A program made the translations under genes and the position numbers. A stretch of DNA of 32,000 nt from Candidatus Saccharimonadota bacterium. GTDB lineage: Bacteria; Patescibacteriota; Gracilibacteria; BD1-5; UBA6164. Location: the NCBI GenBank assembly GCA_965227835.1, contig OZ245768.1:360001-392000 (forward strand), in the 5' to 3' direction. Under the pieces are notes generated by a model. That model saw only the letters and a list, made by a program, of their open reading frames with translations. It did not search any database and was not told where the DNA came from. Positions 31,358 through 32,000 of the stretch are shown piece by piece. The stretch's first letter is position 1, and each line of letters begins with the position of its first letter.

Positions 31358-32000
31358 TTATTTTATAAATTCACTTTCAAAGATTTCTAAAAATAATTTT
31401 GTTATATAGCTAATTATACTATTTCAAAAAATAAATGTAATTACAAATGAAGCTACAATATATGGCGCAAAAGAAAAAGTTCTTAATATTTTTAAATTTT
31501 TTATTTTCATAAATCAATTTGTTTTTTTTTCAATATGGTGATTATTTACCAAGCTAAAAGATTTTTTTATTAATAAGGAAGTTTCTTTATCTATAGGATT
31601 TGATATTTTTGAAAAGTATAATCATGGGTTAGGGTATAATAGATAGTTTTTTTTCTTTTTTTCTTTTTCATTAGGTTCAATATATCATAAAATAGCTTGC
31701 CTCCCCAACATCTTAACCAAATATTCTTTATCCACAATATCACCCTCTTTCAAATCTCTTATATTAATAAATTTCATCTCAGAAATATGAAAAGTAATCT
31801 TATAAGCATAAAAAAGAACTCTAAAAATAATATATATTCATATATATAAAGTAAAAATTAAAAACAAGTACCCTAAAATTTCACTTGGATTTTTGATATA
31901 CTCATAAAATACAAAACCCAATAAAATAATAAATAAAATGACCAAAAACACATTTCAAACTAAATCTAGTCTTAACTTCAACCTATTAGATAAATATTTT
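31358..32000 (-). CDS. Polytopic membrane protein, 5' end outside the window
   Basis: The minus-strand frame is open across the whole region with TGA=Gly. It has several hydrophobic helices and ends ...KILRTFSFAPYIVASFVITFIFGNSIISYITKLF...FIK*. The stop abuts the convergent radical-SAM gene's stop with no spacer. Function not recognised. Confidence 0.45.

Noticed and set aside
31358-31510. Independent 50-aa minus-strand ORF starting at ATG 31510
   Set aside because: The same frame stays open upstream through TGA codons to the window edge. It is more likely the C-terminus of one longer membrane protein.
1-32000. TGA=Trp (table 4, Mycoplasma-like) as the explanation for the broken ORFs
   Set aside because: TGA coincides with invariant Gly in the Walker A, RNP-1 and GGEP motifs, and TGG is separately used at Trp-like positions.

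Overview
This is a strongly AT-rich window from a bacterium that reads TGA as glycine (translation table 25, Gracilibacteria/Absconditabacteria-type CPR lineage). The supplied standard-code ORF track is therefore fragmented, and several of its ORFs are antisense shadows. I retranslated by eye with TGA=Gly, which gives about 40 tightly packed genes. All homology calls come from motifs I recognise, no searches were run, and start codons are approximate. Positions 1-6.7 kb are ordinary: a partial RRM RNA-binding protein, pilT, a cNMP-binding protein, a convergent intergenic hairpin-repeat array, a surface protein, recF, gatC, a small membrane protein and a lipoprotein. From 6.8 to 31.4 kb nearly all coding sequence is on the + strand; the one exception is the transposase of an inserted IS. 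This stretch looks like one giant accessory locus. It starts with a His-Xaa-Ser (Hxs)-type system: two HxsD-like proteins, the HxsB radical-SAM maturase, and an HxsA-like precursor that ends in seven perfect HGS repeats. A DUF4160/DUF2442 pair and four tandem toxin-antitoxin modules, two with decayed toxins, lie inside this system. Downstream are ten more CxxxCxxC radical-SAM proteins, two of them HemN-like, plus a U32-family protein, two kinase-fold proteins, a stand-alone Cys-rich protein and hypotheticals. A nested IS-in-IS insertion sits 5 bp upstream of one radical-SAM gene. Eleven radical-SAM enzymes next to one His/Ser/Gly-repeat precursor is the most interesting candidate here for an undescribed peptide-modification system.
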